From contig JBAYKD010000001.1 in assembly GCA_041664745.1 (NCBI GenBank), forward strand, positions 106,551 to 170,550: a DNA stretch of 64,000 nucleotides, given 5' to 3'. This document shows positions 55,928 to 64,000 of this stretch, piece by piece. Under the pieces are notes generated by a model that searched no databases, was not told where the DNA came from, and saw nothing but the letters and a program-made list of their open reading frames with translations. The translations under genes were made by a program, and so were the position numbers. Every line of letters starts with the position of its first letter. Within the stretch, counting starts at the first letter, position 1. Source of the DNA: Minisyncoccota bacterium (GTDB lineage: Bacteria; Patescibacteriota; Minisyncoccia; Phycocordibacterales; UBA9973).

Positions 55928-57229
55928 TTATACAGGTAAATTTGAAGGTGGTTTTGCAATCTTGGACTCTATACGCTTGAAGCTTGGTGTCTCTGAAACC
56001 ATACCTGGGAAATGGAAAAGAGTTGCAAGCTCTTCAGAGGAAACAACGAAAATGTTGGCTTTATGTGAAGGGAAAAATGCTGCTAAAACTTTAGGATAAT
56101 TTATAGCATATTGTAATGGTGGATGAAAGAATGTCCTCATACGATACCAATCAAGCATTCTCTTTTTTATTTTAGTCAAAGCAAGACCTGTAGGATCTGA
56201 CCATGGTGCATCAAACTGAGTAGAATTCGTACGATCAAGCTCATTTAAAGATGGAGCTGCATATTGTCTAAATAATAGACGTACTTCACGACGAAGATTC
56301 TGGAATTGATCTTCTGTACAAAGTCTATTGTCTGACAAAGCAATAAGTCGTATTCCGCAATCAAAGTGAACTTGGGCCATACCTTTCGTAAGAGCTTCAA
56401 CTGTAGGTTTTAAATGATCTGGTAAAAAGAGCTGTCGAGCAGTCGGAACATCTGGTTTATCAGCATCATGAATACGTACATAGCCCTTTGTGATTGTCTC
56501 GATATATTCAAGAGCCGCTTCATTAAAATCTATATGGCCTCCTGTTTTGTGACTATGATATTTCTTTATATTCCAACGAATGACCATCTGAATCCAGACT
56601 TGTTGACCACGAGGAATGGAACCTAAATACTCTATCATTGGAGTAATAGGATCAATCTTATACTCTTCTTTAACTCCAGTCTTCATGTCGTCACCAAAAG
56701 CTTTGTATGTTTTTATAGGAACAAAATCTTCTTTTAATTTTTTAAATTCACAACCCCACATATTCCAATCACCACCTTTTTTATATTGAGGAACATGAAA
56801 AGCATAATCATCTACTTCGACAACCTTGGCTTGAGGATATTGACCATAGATCTGTGTCTCTACTAAATTACGTATACGGGTAGGAGTACGTATGAAAAAA
56901 TGCACTCGTCCATCTATAGATACAATTTCAAGTGAAAACCAAAACCAAGGTGCACCTTGAATATATTGTTCCCAGAAACCTTTCATACTTTTCTGATAAA
57001 AGGCATTTGTAAAGATAAGCTCCATAGCAGCAGGAGTTTTAATAACATCACGAGGTACTTGTATTTCAAGAAGAACCCACTTTATGCCCATAATGAAACG
57101 CTCTTGTCTATAATGATGCCATAAGTTAAGTGCTATATAGGCTAAAGGAATCGGCATTAAATAACCAATTGTTACAATTAATATTTGTAAAAGATTTAAA
57201 TTATGTGCGTTTAAGAAATCTTGAATCAT
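55928..57229 (-). CDS. Hypothetical membrane-anchored protein (433 aa), Trp-rich, higher GC than its neighbours
   Basis: One N-terminal TM helix. No recognisable motifs. Confidence 0.5.
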   Translation of the reverse strand: MIQDFLNAHNLNLLQILIVTIGYLMPIPLAYIALNLWHHYRQERFIMGIKWVLLEIQVPRDVIKTPAAMELIFTNAFYQKSMKGFWEQYIQGAPWFWFSLEIVSIDGRVHFFIRTPTRIRNLVETQIYGQYPQAKVVEVDDYAFHVPQYKKGGDWNMWGCEFKKLKEDFVPIKTYKAFGDDMKTGVKEEYKIDPITPMIEYLGSIPRGQQVWIQMVIRWNIKKYHSHKTGGHIDFNEAALEYIETITKGYVRIHDADKPDVPTARQLFLPDHLKPTVEALTKGMAQVHFDCGIRLIALSDNRLCTEDQFQNLRREVRLLFRQYAAPSLNELDRTNSTQFDAPWSDPTGLALTKIKKRMLDWYRMRTFFHPPLQYAINYPKVLAAFFPSHKANIFVVSSEELATLFHFPGMVSETPSFKRIESKIAKPPSNLPV

Positions 57230-57251
57230 GTTTAATAAATTTATATTTTAA

Positions 57252-57362
57252 CTACCAAGCTCGAAGAGAAGATGACGTGAAAAAACCAAAAATTACAGCT
57301 ATTAAAACAATACCTATAATTATCAAAATAATGTTCACAAAACCTCGATTACTCATGGGCAT
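57252..57362 (-). CDS. Possible small hydrophobic peptide (36 aa, MPMSNRGFVNIILIIIGIVLIAVIFGFFTSSSLRAW)
   Basis: Manual translation of a short ORF in an otherwise empty 190-bp spacer, with a single predicted TM helix. Speculative. Confidence 0.2.
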   Translation of the reverse strand: MPMSNRGFVNIILIIIGIVLIAVIFGFFTSSSLRAW

Positions 57363-57420
57363 ATTATATCATATCTCAATAAAAAATACTCCTCCAAGGA
57401 AAGTTTGAAGGAGTATTTTA

Positions 57421-58452
57421 TTAACAAGATGTATAAAGCCCTGATTTATTCTTCTTAAAGTATTTAACATTCTGTAAGTTAACCAAGATTGTATTCTTCT
57501 TTAGATATCTTTCTTTCATAACTTGATCCACAATATCATCTTTAGTCATAGGGCCATTCTTTTTCAAAAGTTCTTTGATAACATCACGGACAACTCCAGA
57601 CTTATAACCCCATTCAGAAAGCGCATAAATACCACGGCCTACAAGCACAAATCTAGGATCTTTAATAAGTTCATTGTGACAAGTAGCAGTATGACACTTC
57701 TTTTCAAAAGTATCAGCAACAGCCTTGGCTACTTCTCTAAAATGCATCGGACTCCCGTGCTTACGCATCATTAGGAAGGCATAATCCTTGACCCCACGAG
57801 TTTTAATAGAAGAAGATGTAGACTTACCCCATTCACCGAGTGGATTCTTCTTCAAAGTTTTTGATATCAAAAGCCATCTTTTAGCGATCTCTTCATTTTT
57901 GTATTGTTCAGATAATTCCTTAACTTCTTCTAAGAATCTTGTAATTAATTCTCCTTCTGAAATCAATTCATCATTCGAAAGATTCTCAAAAAGGGATTTT
58001 AATGATTTATGAACACTCTCAGAAATATCAGAATCTACACTCCAACGAGTTTTGAAATTGACATCTTCTTTGTGTTTAGTAAAATCATCACTTAAAGTTA
58101 AATAAAGATGTATGTGATTCTGGGTAATTTTATCTTTTGAAATATGATTAAGAAATTCGTGTTCAGATACGATTGCTCCCATAGAATGAATCAGCTTCTT
58201 TATCTCTTCAAAGACTGCTTTTTCGCTCTTGAATGCTTCACTTTTACGAATAAGAATAAGAGCTCCGTTCTCTATCTGTCTTACGCGTTCACGAGTAATA
58301 CCGTATTTCTGTCCAATGGCTTCTAAGGTTTTTCTTTCTCCGTCGGTAGTTATACCGAAACGATTTACAACCACCTCATATGCTCGAGGGGCTAAATTCG
58401 AAAGAATCCTTTTTGTTACTTGCTTTGGTTTAAATGTAATAATATTAGCCAT
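57421..58452 (-). CDS. DNA-binding protein with N-terminal sigma-70 region-4-like HTH and C-terminal HARE-HTH-like domain
   Basis: ERKTLEAIGQKYGITRERVRQIENGAL resembles sigma70 region 4.2. C-terminal MHFREVAKAV...PRFVLVGRGIYALSEWGY resembles the HARE-HTH/RpoE-delta N-terminal domain. Confidence 0.55.
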   Translation of the reverse strand: MANIITFKPKQVTKRILSNLAPRAYEVVVNRFGITTDGERKTLEAIGQKYGITRERVRQIENGALILIRKSEAFKSEKAVFEEIKKLIHSMGAIVSEHEFLNHISKDKITQNHIHLYLTLSDDFTKHKEDVNFKTRWSVDSDISESVHKSLKSLFENLSNDELISEGELITRFLEEVKELSEQYKNEEIAKRWLLISKTLKKNPLGEWGKSTSSSIKTRGVKDYAFLMMRKHGSPMHFREVAKAVADTFEKKCHTATCHNELIKDPRFVLVGRGIYALSEWGYKSGVVRDVIKELLKKNGPMTKDDIVDQVMKERYLKKNTILVNLQNVKYFKKNKSGLYTSC

Positions 58453-58556
58453 TTTTATTAAAAAATTAAATTAATAACTATTGTGTTTTTTTATAATATC
58501 ATTACTATAGGATAAAGTCAACCTTTTCAAAATGTGGTGTAATAATAGATATAAAA

Positions 58557-60377
58557 TTACTTTTTACTCTGGGCTGTTTTTGCTTTTGATCTATCTTGAT
58601 CTGTCAAAAGTTTCTTGCGTAAACGAACATTTTTAGGTGTAATTTCAAGATATTCATCATCAGCCATGATCTCAAGGCCCCTTTCTATTGATAGCTTGTA
58701 TGGCGGTTTGACGTTTATTGCTTCGTCAGTTCCACTTGAACGCATATTTGAAAGTTGCTTACTCTTTGTAGGGTTCACAGTCATTTCATCCCCTTTCAAA
58801 ACGTTACCGATAACCATACCTTCATAAACCTCATCTCCATGTTCTACATACAATACTCCTCTTTCTTGCAAAGTCCAAAGTGAGAAAGCAATAACTTTTC
58901 CTGGCACCATTGAAGTCATAGAACCAACATCTCGCTTTTTTATTTCACCAGCATAAGTTTTAAATCCTATGAATCTTGAAGCAAGAATTCCTTCGCCTTT
59001 TGTATCTACTACAAATTGTCCACGATAACCAAGTAAACCTCGAGTAGGCATCTCAATTAACATTCTTACTATTCCTTCTTTCTCATGCATACTTGTGATG
59101 ATTCCTTTGCGGCCAGTCAACTTTTCTATCACAGCACCAGAGACATCACTACGGACATCAATAGTCACTTCTTCGTATGGTTCTAATTTCTCTCCATTCT
59201 CTTCTTTTATAATAACGTGAGGTTGAGACACCTGAAGTTCATATCCTTCACGACGCATATTTTCAAGTAAAACTGCAATATGTAATTCTCCACGTCCATA
59301 AACAAGAAATCCTTCTTGAACTTCTTCTTCATCTGGGGCGTCAAAGTTAATACGAAGTCCAACGTTCATCTCAAGTTCTTTCTCAAGCCTCTCTCTTATC
59401 TGTCTACTTGTGACATATTTACCTTCGCGTCCTGCAAAAGGAGAATCGTTCACAATAAAGTTTAAGGAAATTGTCGGCTCATCGATATCAATAGAAGGTA
59501 ATGGAAGTGTATTCATATCATCACAAATAGTCTCACCTATATATACGTCGGGAATTCCTGCGATAATAGCAATGTCTCCTGTGTGTAAGACACTTACTTC
59601 TTTTCTATTAATTCCCTCAAATGTGAACATCTTAGAAATACGAGCTGTACGTGATGCACCATCGGCATTTTTTACAATGATAGTACTGCCTGTTTTAATA
59701 GATCCAGCATAAGCACGAACAATAGCTAGACGTCCCAAAAAATTATCGTAACCAAGATTGAACACTTGTGCTTGAAAAGGACCGTGCCTATTCACAGAAG
59801 CTTCTGGAACTTCTTTTAGTATCAAATCAAGAAGTGGTGTTAAATCTTTCGATTCATCTTCTAAATGTAATTTAGCTATGCCTTGTCTGCCGATAGCATA
59901 CATGTATTTAAAGTCTATCTGATCCTGTGTGGCACCAAGTTCTAAAAATAATTCAAGTATCTCATCGTGAACACGTGCGGGATTTGCGGCTGGCTTATCT
60001 ATCTTATTTATTATAACTATCGGCTTAAGGCCTAATTCTAGAGACTTTTTAAGTACAAATCTTGTTTGTGGCATTGGACCTTCCTGTGCATCAACAAGAA
60101 GAAGAACTGAATCAATAGCACGAAGAACACGCTCAACTTCAGAACCGAAGTCCGCGTGACCGGGAGTGTCCACAATATTTATTTTGGTTCCTTTATAATT
60201 AACAGAAGTGTTTTTGGAGTAAATAGTGATACCACGTTCAAGCTCAATAGCATTGGAGTCCATAGTTGTTCCTTCTTCTGTCATGCCACACTGCTTCATC
60301 ATTTGATCAGTCAAAGTAGTCTTCCCGTGGTCAACGTGTGCAATTATAGCTATATTTCTTATTTCAATTAATTTCAT
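58557..60377 (-). CDS. typA: Translational GTPase TypA/BipA
   Basis: AHVDHGKTT G1 motif, EF-G-like domain order, 606 aa. Confidence 0.9.
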   Translation of the reverse strand: MKLIEIRNIAIIAHVDHGKTTLTDQMMKQCGMTEEGTTMDSNAIELERGITIYSKNTSVNYKGTKINIVDTPGHADFGSEVERVLRAIDSVLLLVDAQEGPMPQTRFVLKKSLELGLKPIVIINKIDKPAANPARVHDEILELFLELGATQDQIDFKYMYAIGRQGIAKLHLEDESKDLTPLLDLILKEVPEASVNRHGPFQAQVFNLGYDNFLGRLAIVRAYAGSIKTGSTIIVKNADGASRTARISKMFTFEGINRKEVSVLHTGDIAIIAGIPDVYIGETICDDMNTLPLPSIDIDEPTISLNFIVNDSPFAGREGKYVTSRQIRERLEKELEMNVGLRINFDAPDEEEVQEGFLVYGRGELHIAVLLENMRREGYELQVSQPHVIIKEENGEKLEPYEEVTIDVRSDVSGAVIEKLTGRKGIITSMHEKEGIVRMLIEMPTRGLLGYRGQFVVDTKGEGILASRFIGFKTYAGEIKKRDVGSMTSMVPGKVIAFSLWTLQERGVLYVEHGDEVYEGMVIGNVLKGDEMTVNPTKSKQLSNMRSSGTDEAINVKPPYKLSIERGLEIMADDEYLEITPKNVRLRKKLLTDQDRSKAKTAQSKK

Positions 60378-60460
60378 TTTTAGTTGTTTTTTGGTGAAAA
60401 ATAAATACGCCTCGTGGCGTTTGTATTAATACTGTATCATACATTTTAGAATTTGTAAAC

Positions 60461-60501
60461 AAAAAGTAGCATTCATATTATATTGGATGCTACTTTTTTA
60501 A
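60461..60501 (-). terminator. Rho-independent terminator after rseP (12-bp perfect stem AAAAAGTAGCAT/ATGCTACTTTTT)
   Basis: Perfect inverted repeat with T-run. Confidence 0.6.
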
Positions 60502-60514
60502 TTATATTATAATA

Positions 60515-61675
60515 CTATAATAACTTAGTTATATCGTGATAAGTTATAACAACCATGAGAAGCATCAAAAGTCCGAAGCCAATCATATTTACCGCATTTG
60601 AAATTTTAGGCTTGATACGTGAGCCTTTAATTTTTTCTATCAATAAAAATAAAAGTCGTCCGCCATCAAGGGCAGGAAACGGCAGTAAATTAATGACAGC
60701 CAAGTTCACAGATATAAGTGCTGTGAATGAAAGTAAATATACAAATCCAAACTTCGCTGCATCACCTACTACTCCGACAATACCAATAGGCCCTGTCACT
60801 GCTGACATATCACCCTTACCCATAATAGCCTGACTAATGAGTGTATAAAAACCAACAGCAGTACTAATAGTCAAATCAGTCGTGAGTTTCAATCCCTCCC
60901 AAACAGCCCTATGAATAGGCAGCTCTAATGTTCCTATTGTATCCATAGCAATTCCAATAGCAGGAACTCCATCTTTATTATTTATAGGAGTAACTTCTAG
61001 CTCTTTAGTTTCTTTAGCTCTTATAAATTCTATCTTTACCTGTTCCCCTCCATGCTTTTTAATAAAACTCTGAACATTTTCTGCTCCAAGATTCGATGAT
61101 AAAAGTTTTGTAGAATCTGTCGTCGTGTCTAAGGCTAAAAGTTTATCTCCAATTTTAAGTCCTACCATTTCAGCTGGGCTACCTTTCACTATACTCGTAA
61201 CAGTTAAGTATTGATTATTGACTATCGCTCCATGCGGTGCCATGCCAACAGAAGATGGAAGACCTGACATAAATCCGATAGAGAGTAAAAGCCATGCAAC
61301 TAAAAAGTTCATCGCCACTCCAGCTACCATAACTAATGCTTGGATATATTTAGGTTTATTGATTAAGCTTCTTTCTGCTAATTCTAATTTTTCTGGAGTT
61401 TCTTCTTTATCTAAAAATCCAACTTCTAAAAGATCTGCTTCATTTATATTTTCTCCATAAATTTTCACATAGCCGCCAAACGGCAATGCATTTAAATTGT
61501 AAGTCGTCTCACCTATTTTCTTTCCATAAATTTTAGGAGGAAAACCAAAAGAAAATTCATCCACCCGTATATTATTCATCTTCGCAACAATAAAATGCCC
61601 AAATTCATGGGAAACAACAAGCACCAAAATAATAACAATAAAAATAATAATTGACATGAAGCTATAATAGCACAC
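60515..61675 (-). CDS. rseP: RIP zinc metalloprotease RseP (site-2 protease, M50 family, with PDZ domain)
   Basis: HEFGHF zinc-binding motif in TM1, PDZ (GSPAEMVGLKIGDKLL), LDGG motif. Confidence 0.85.
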   Translation of the reverse strand: MCYYSFMSIIIFIVIILVLVVSHEFGHFIVAKMNNIRVDEFSFGFPPKIYGKKIGETTYNLNALPFGGYVKIYGENINEADLLEVGFLDKEETPEKLELAERSLINKPKYIQALVMVAGVAMNFLVAWLLLSIGFMSGLPSSVGMAPHGAIVNNQYLTVTSIVKGSPAEMVGLKIGDKLLALDTTTDSTKLLSSNLGAENVQSFIKKHGGEQVKIEFIRAKETKELEVTPINNKDGVPAIGIAMDTIGTLELPIHRAVWEGLKLTTDLTISTAVGFYTLISQAIMGKGDMSAVTGPIGIVGVVGDAAKFGFVYLLSFTALISVNLAVINLLPFPALDGGRLLFLLIEKIKGSRIKPKISNAVNMIGFGLLMLLMVVITYHDITKLL

Positions 61676-61682
61676 TTTGATT

Positions 61683-62219
61683 TTAATTCGTCATGAGGTC
61701 TGTTTCTTTCTTGGCGAAGATTGCTTCAAGATTTTGATTGGCTTCATCTACGCATTTCTGGATGTCCTCTTTAGCTCGCTTTTTATCATCTTCCGGTAAA
61801 TCTTCTGTCTTATCTATTTCTAACTGTCTTTCTTGACGGACACTTATACGAGCGTCTTCAAGCTTTTCTTTAAGAATCTTTACTAATTTAGTACGATTCT
61901 CAGTAGTAAGCATTGGGAAAATAGCACGAACTCCATCACTGTCAGACACTACTGAAAGTCCAAGATTGGCTCCAGTTATAGCAGCTTCTATTCCTTTTAT
62001 CTGGCTTTTATCCCAAGGAGCGATACGCAAAGTTTTAGGATCCTCAATAGAAACACTCGCAATATTTTTAATAGGCATGTATGTGCCATAACTCTCGACA
62101 CTTATAGAATCGAGAATCATCGGAGTCGCTCGGCCTGTATGTACAGAGCTATATTCTTTCGAAAGCCACTCTTCTACTCCTTTTAATTCTGTCTTAAAAC
62201 TTGTTGTATTGTATGCCAT
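61683..62219 (-). CDS. frr: Ribosome recycling factor
   Basis: 178 aa with RRF signature (VESYGTYMPIKNIASVSI, RISVRQERQ). Confidence 0.85.
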   Translation of the reverse strand: MAYNTTSFKTELKGVEEWLSKEYSSVHTGRATPMILDSISVESYGTYMPIKNIASVSIEDPKTLRIAPWDKSQIKGIEAAITGANLGLSVVSDSDGVRAIFPMLTTENRTKLVKILKEKLEDARISVRQERQLEIDKTEDLPEDDKKRAKEDIQKCVDEANQNLEAIFAKKETDLMTN

Positions 62220-62228
62220 ATACTTTTA

Positions 62229-62927
62229 TTATATCACAAGAGCTATATGCTCCAAAATCATTTTAACCGAAGCTCCTGGTGTACTTAAGAAATCACGACT
62301 ACTTTTAAGTTCTCCTAAAATAAATTTCAAATCTTCATTATTTAAATCCTTTTTCCATTTCTCATAAATAATTCTTTCAAGTCCATTCACAAGTGAGATA
62401 GCATAATATCGTAAACCCCCACTATTCTCATTATCTTTAAACTCTTTAATTATTTCGGCTACTTTGTCTATTCTTACTTTTGGTGTTGCTTTAATAAAAC
62501 CTTCCGCTATTTTATTTTCAAAATTATTATCAATCTTTAAATTCTTTACCAGATGCACACGAGAAAGTATTGTACCAAGAAGAAGTGATGAATCCGGCAC
62601 TACTATAAAGAAGTGCGTGCCTTCTGTCGGCTCTTCTATTACTTTCAGTAATGTTTGTTCCGCTTCACGATTTATAAATTTTGCTCCAATTATGCAAATT
62701 TTCTTTTTGCCATCCGTTGCTTTATTCTGATGCCATTCTTTAATTCTATGTCCGTCTTCAATATTAAAAGAATCATAAAGATTGAGCATTACATCTCCAC
62801 TGTATTTATTTATATCTCCTTGTTCTTCTAGATATATACGTAAAAGATAAACAATCTCTTCAGGATTACCTTCTACTACATAACTATGATACAGATCTCT
62901 CGGAAATAATTCTTTAAAATTATTCAT
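62229..62927 (-). CDS. holB: DNA polymerase III delta'/delta-like clamp-loader subunit (short, degenerate P-loop)
   Basis: LLKVIEEPTEGTHFFIVVPDSSLLLGTILSRVHLV matches the LKTLEEPP...SRC sensor motif. 232 aa with no intact Walker A. Confidence 0.5.
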   Translation of the reverse strand: MNNFKELFPRDLYHSYVVEGNPEEIVYLLRIYLEEQGDINKYSGDVMLNLYDSFNIEDGHRIKEWHQNKATDGKKKICIIGAKFINREAEQTLLKVIEEPTEGTHFFIVVPDSSLLLGTILSRVHLVKNLKIDNNFENKIAEGFIKATPKVRIDKVAEIIKEFKDNENSGGLRYYAISLVNGLERIIYEKWKKDLNNEDLKFILGELKSSRDFLSTPGASVKMILEHIALVI

Positions 62928-62932
62928 ACTAT

Positions 62933-63946
62933 TTATCTTTTACTGATAATAGTCTTTTTATACGTATCTAGATGGTTTAGAGCTTCCCCAGTACCTTTCA
63001 CAACACAAAAGATAGCTTCATCAGCGACGCGAGCTTTGACTCCTGTACGTCGGTAAACAAGCTCTGCTAAGTTACGAAGCTGACTTGAACCTCCAGTCAT
63101 TATGATTCCATCGTCAATGATGTCTGCGGATAATTCAGGTGGAGTCAGAGAAAGAACTTCTTTGATTGCTCCGATCATCGTACGTAATTCTTTATCGATT
63201 GCTCGGACTATTTCATTTGTAGAAATTTGTGCTGTACGAGGAAGTCCTTGAATAAAGTCTCGGCCCTTGATTGTAATCGTTAGCTCTTCTTCAAGTGGTA
63301 TAGCTGCGCCTATCTTTATTTTTATAGCTTCAGCTGTTCTGTCACCAATGGCTAAATTGAATGTCTTCTTTATATAATCCGCTATAGCTGCATCAATCTT
63401 GTCTCCGGCACATTTAACTGAAGTCGAAGCCACGATACCACCAAGCGCTATCACCGCTACGTCTGTCGTCCCTCCTCCTATATCCATGATCATATGGCCC
63501 TTTGACTCGTGTATTGGTATACCTGCCCCAATGGCTGCCAAAATTGGCTCCTTCACAACGTAAGCATTTGAAGCTCCGGCTTTCACTGCCGCTTCTACGA
63601 CAGCACGACGCTCTGTGGAGGTAATTCCGGCTGGAACTGATACCATGACGTCCGGCTTAAATAAATTGTATTTACCAAGAGTTTTCGTTATAAAATAACG
63701 CAACATAGCCTCGGTAACTCGGTAATCAGCAATCACTCCATCTTTCATAGGACGATAAACGATAATATTGTCAGGGGTTTTTCCTACCATGTCCTTAGCC
63801 TCGGCTCCAATAGCGAGAATTGTATTGTCCTGCTCAGAAACAGCGACAACAGAAGGCTCATTTAAAACAACCCCCTTACCTGGTAAATATACAAGAGTGT
63901 TCGTCGTACCTAAATCTATACCTAATTTTTTATAAAATAATGACAT
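62933..63946 (-). CDS. mreB: Rod-shape-determining protein MreB
   Basis: GIDLGTTNT phosphate-1, DIGGGTTD phosphate-2, 337 aa. Confidence 0.9.
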   Translation of the reverse strand: MSLFYKKLGIDLGTTNTLVYLPGKGVVLNEPSVVAVSEQDNTILAIGAEAKDMVGKTPDNIIVYRPMKDGVIADYRVTEAMLRYFITKTLGKYNLFKPDVMVSVPAGITSTERRAVVEAAVKAGASNAYVVKEPILAAIGAGIPIHESKGHMIMDIGGGTTDVAVIALGGIVASTSVKCAGDKIDAAIADYIKKTFNLAIGDRTAEAIKIKIGAAIPLEEELTITIKGRDFIQGLPRTAQISTNEIVRAIDKELRTMIGAIKEVLSLTPPELSADIIDDGIIMTGGSSQLRNLAELVYRRTGVKARVADEAIFCVVKGTGEALNHLDTYKKTIISKR

Positions 63947-64000
63947 ATAATGTTTGTAACAAATCTACTATATCATAAAATACGAGATTTTGTGATACCA

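Noticed and set aside
1-64000. CRISPR arrays, rRNA operons, additional tRNAs, prophage or defence-island signatures
   Set aside because: No regularly spaced direct repeats, no rRNA-like GC-rich conserved stretches, and no cas/restriction/toxin-like genes recognised. Only one tRNA was found in the intergenic scans.

Overview
This is an AT-rich (about one-third GC), densely coding bacterial segment. Gene content suggests a reduced-genome Patescibacteria/CPR-like organism or a similar low-GC lineage: housekeeping genes are tightly packed (often 1-10 nt gaps or overlaps), mostly on the minus strand, and there are no rRNA genes or CRISPR arrays. Main blocks, in order: (1) a 3'-truncated REP-associated tyrosine (HuH) transposase at the window edge, with an adjacent REP-like hairpin and 17-bp tandem repeat; (2) a glycolysis / non-oxidative pentose-phosphate cluster (fba, PfkB kinase, split transketolase, rpe, rpiB, gap) plus dapF and gatB; (3) tRNA-Leu(TAA) whose 3' end is duplicated as a 24-bp direct repeat 160 bp downstream; (4) a cell-wall/division block (M23 peptidase, gltX, murG, ftsW, mraY, scpB, scpA) with aspS, trpS, dnaB, recR, rplU and cysS; (5) a tightly linked operon for the alternative carboxyspermidine route to spermidine (CASDH, CASDC, agmatinase) followed by an unknown 277-aa protein, an EamA transporter, a Cys-rich membrane protein and an orphan histidine kinase, with lysC-asd (aspartate semialdehyde supply) next to it and a probable arginine decarboxylase nearby; (6) grpE / dnaK-dnaJ interrupted by a divergently transcribed PaaX-family regulator, with a consensus sigma-70 promoter and an 11-N10-11 inverted repeat at the dnaK transcription start, plus a second membrane-anchored PaaX-like paralog flanked by about 36-bp palindromes; (7) the rpsI-rplM-rplQ-rpoA-rpsD-rpsK-rpsM-rpmJ-infA ribosomal block; (8) an FtsA/PilM-like ATPase with a single-TM protein and a lipoprotein, then alaS (short form), mgtC, cutA, mnmA (carrying a GC-rich in-frame insertion), an RlmI-like methyltransferase, mltG, a 433-aa hypothetical with higher GC, a sigma70-region-4 + HARE-HTH protein, typA, rseP, frr, a holB-like gene and mreB. 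I found no recognisable canonical defence system. The most unusual signals are the candidate PaaX-type heat-shock operator/regulator pair, a GC-rich roughly 35-nt intergenic motif present twice with a compensatory change, the duplicated tRNA 3' end, and the polyamine operon with its uncharacterised members.
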